A stretch of 64,000 nucleotides of DNA from contig OZ242214.1 of NCBI GenBank assembly GCA_965206595.1, positions 5,632,001 through 5,696,000 on the forward strand. Direction: 5' to 3'. Position 1 is the first letter of the stretch. Every line of letters starts with the position of its first letter. The notes under the pieces were generated by a model, which was given only the letters and a program-made list of their open reading frames with translations, was not told the origin of the DNA and searched no databases. This document shows positions 62,695 to 64,000 of this stretch, piece after piece. Both the position numbers and the translations under genes were made by a program. This DNA is from Candidatus Latescibacterota bacterium (GTDB lineage: Bacteria; Latescibacterota; UBA2968; UBA8231).

Positions 62695-62715
62695 AGAAGG
62701 AGGTGAATCATAATC

Positions 62716-62967
62716 ATGACAAAGGTCACCTTGGAATTGCCGGATGAAGCTTTCTCTGCTCTGCGCCGCTCCCCAGAGGAATTCGTCTCTGAATTGCGTC
62801 TGGCAGGGGCTATCCACTGGTACGAACGAGGCGTTATCTCTCAAGAAAAAGCCGCCCAGATAGCCGGTCTGGATCGCACCGACTTTCTCAAGGCCCTGGC
62901 ACGCGAGCAAGTGGATGTCTTCGGAGTGGATACCGACGCATTGGAACGGGAACTAGCGCGTGGCTGA
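62716..62967 (+). CDS. UPF0175 family antitoxin
   Basis: ELRLAGAIHWYERGVISQEKAAQIAGLDRTDF; GGAGG RBS. Confidence 0.85.
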   Translation: MTKVTLELPDEAFSALRRSPEEFVSELRLAGAIHWYERGVISQEKAAQIAGLDRTDFLKALAREQVDVFGVDTDALERELARG

Positions 62968-63441
62968 AAAGCCGGCCGTCAATGCTTCGCCGCTCATTTT
63001 CCTGGCGCGTGGCGACCTGCTCAGTCTGCTGAAAATCGCAGGTGATGAAGTCGTTGTCCCTGCCGCGGTTGCCGAAGAAATCCAACAGCGCGGGCCTGAT
63101 GATCCAACAGTCCAGGCCATCGAAAAAACATCCTGGCTGGCCGTCGTTCCTACACACCCATTCATGCACGAATCCAAGCGTGGGATTTAGGTCCAGGCGA
63201 ATCCTCTGTGCTGACTTGGGGTTATATCCATACAGGCACGGAAGTCGTAATTGACGACTCAGCCCGACGCTGCGCAACCGCATTGGGCATCCCTTTCCGA
63301 GGTACACTCGGTCTTGTTTTGGTTGCAAAGAGACGCGGGATGATCCCATCAGCACGGCCCGTAGTTGACCAACTCCGGCAGTCGGGTATGTACCTGTCCG
63401 ACCATGTCGTGGACAAGGCATTGGCTCTAGTCGGAGAATAG
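62960..63441 (+). pseudogene. DUF3368 family PIN-domain toxin, frameshifted near 63155
   Basis: VNASPLIFL...VPAAVAEE | IQAWDLGPGESSVL...VIDD.ARRCA..LG...GTLG; one base missing around 63152-63159. Confidence 0.8.
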
Positions 63442-63453
63442 GGCTTGAAACCC

Positions 63454-64000
63454 TCATTCAGTTGCGCGTTGCGGTTCCGTGGCGATGACCTGGTCGACAA
63501 GCCCTACTTGGCGGGCGATCTCCATGATCTGGACGATCTGTGCACGCGCGGCGTCCTCGTCTCCCTGGATGACAATGACAATCGTCTCAGTTTCGGGGTT
63601 GTTATGCAGCAGTCTCTTCGCCTGCAATTCCTCTTTGAGGGTCGCAAACGTCACGGATTCGTCGCCGTTCAACTTCATGTTGCCGTCCTGATCCAAGACA
63701 ATAAATAGGTTCGCCTTTTCGGGGGCCGTGAGCGCGAGAATCCGCGCCTTCAGCTCCTCGGACCATTCGTCCGGATCGGTCGCCATCGCCTCTTGCCAGA
63801 CCCTGCGACTGCGAATTTCCTCGGAAAATTCATCCAGGTCCCATCCGGCGCGCTCGATGTCGGCGTTCAGATCCTCCGTCCACTCATCCGGTGGGGTGGC
63901 CATCGCCCGTACCACCACGACCGCCGCCCGGATTAATGCTTCGGCCGACGCCGGGATTCCGCCCTCCTGGCGCTTTCGGACCGCCTCCGCAATCTCCTCG
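63454..64000 (-). CDS. Repeat-containing protein ending in an ExbD/TolR-like domain; starts beyond the right edge
   Basis: Frame open to 64000; repeats AMATPPDEWTEDL / AMATDPDEWSEEL; IVLDQDG..LNG..V...L...VIQGDEDA....IVQIMEIARQVG..QVIAT. Confidence 0.7.
   Translation of the reverse strand, partial: EEIAEAVRKRQEGGIPASAEALIRAAVVVVRAMATPPDEWTEDLNADIERAGWDLDEFSEEIRSRRVWQEAMATDPDEWSEELKARILALTAPEKANLFIVLDQDGNMKLNGDESVTFATLKEELQAKRLLHNNPETETIVIVIQGDEDAARAQIVQIMEIARQVGLVDQVIATEPQRATE

Overview
High-GC bacterial genomic window. Its gene content suggests a Latescibacterota/Poribacteria-like heterotroph, as often found in marine or sponge metagenomes (inference from the many PhyH dioxygenases, Gfo/Idh/MocA oxidoreductases, aldo/keto reductases, amidohydrolases, a sulfatase and DUF6785-type membrane proteins). 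Core parts: a TonB-dependent receptor, catabolic enzymes, MoxR+DUF58, a complete sufBCDSU-sufT-rrf2 operon and a single-chain purL. Accessory parts: (i) about 23.3-31.9 kb, two convergent DUF6785/6784-type membrane genes (one hit by an IS5 element with a duplicated end), a GHL10-like gene and its decayed copy; (ii) about 31.9-45.6 kb, a defence-like island with XRE-ImmA/IrrE, a truncated PIN gene, two coupled P-loop ATPases (one with TPRs), a sacsin-type GHKL ATPase/DUF3883 nuclease with apparently permuted ATPase motifs, and an SF1 helicase-DUF559 nuclease; (iii) about 51.5-57.7 kb, intact enzymes mixed with gene fragments and an IS91 remnant; (iv) a terminal AAA_14/DUF4143 plus UPF0175/DUF3368 toxin-antitoxin cluster. 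The best candidate for an undescribed system is the ATPase / ATPase-TPR / permuted GHKL-DUF3883 operon, preceded by a 4x15-bp palindromic repeat array. Several single-base frameshifts lie in homopolymer runs and may be assembly errors. No rRNA, tRNA or CRISPR array was seen. All family calls come from motif recognition by eye; no database search was run.
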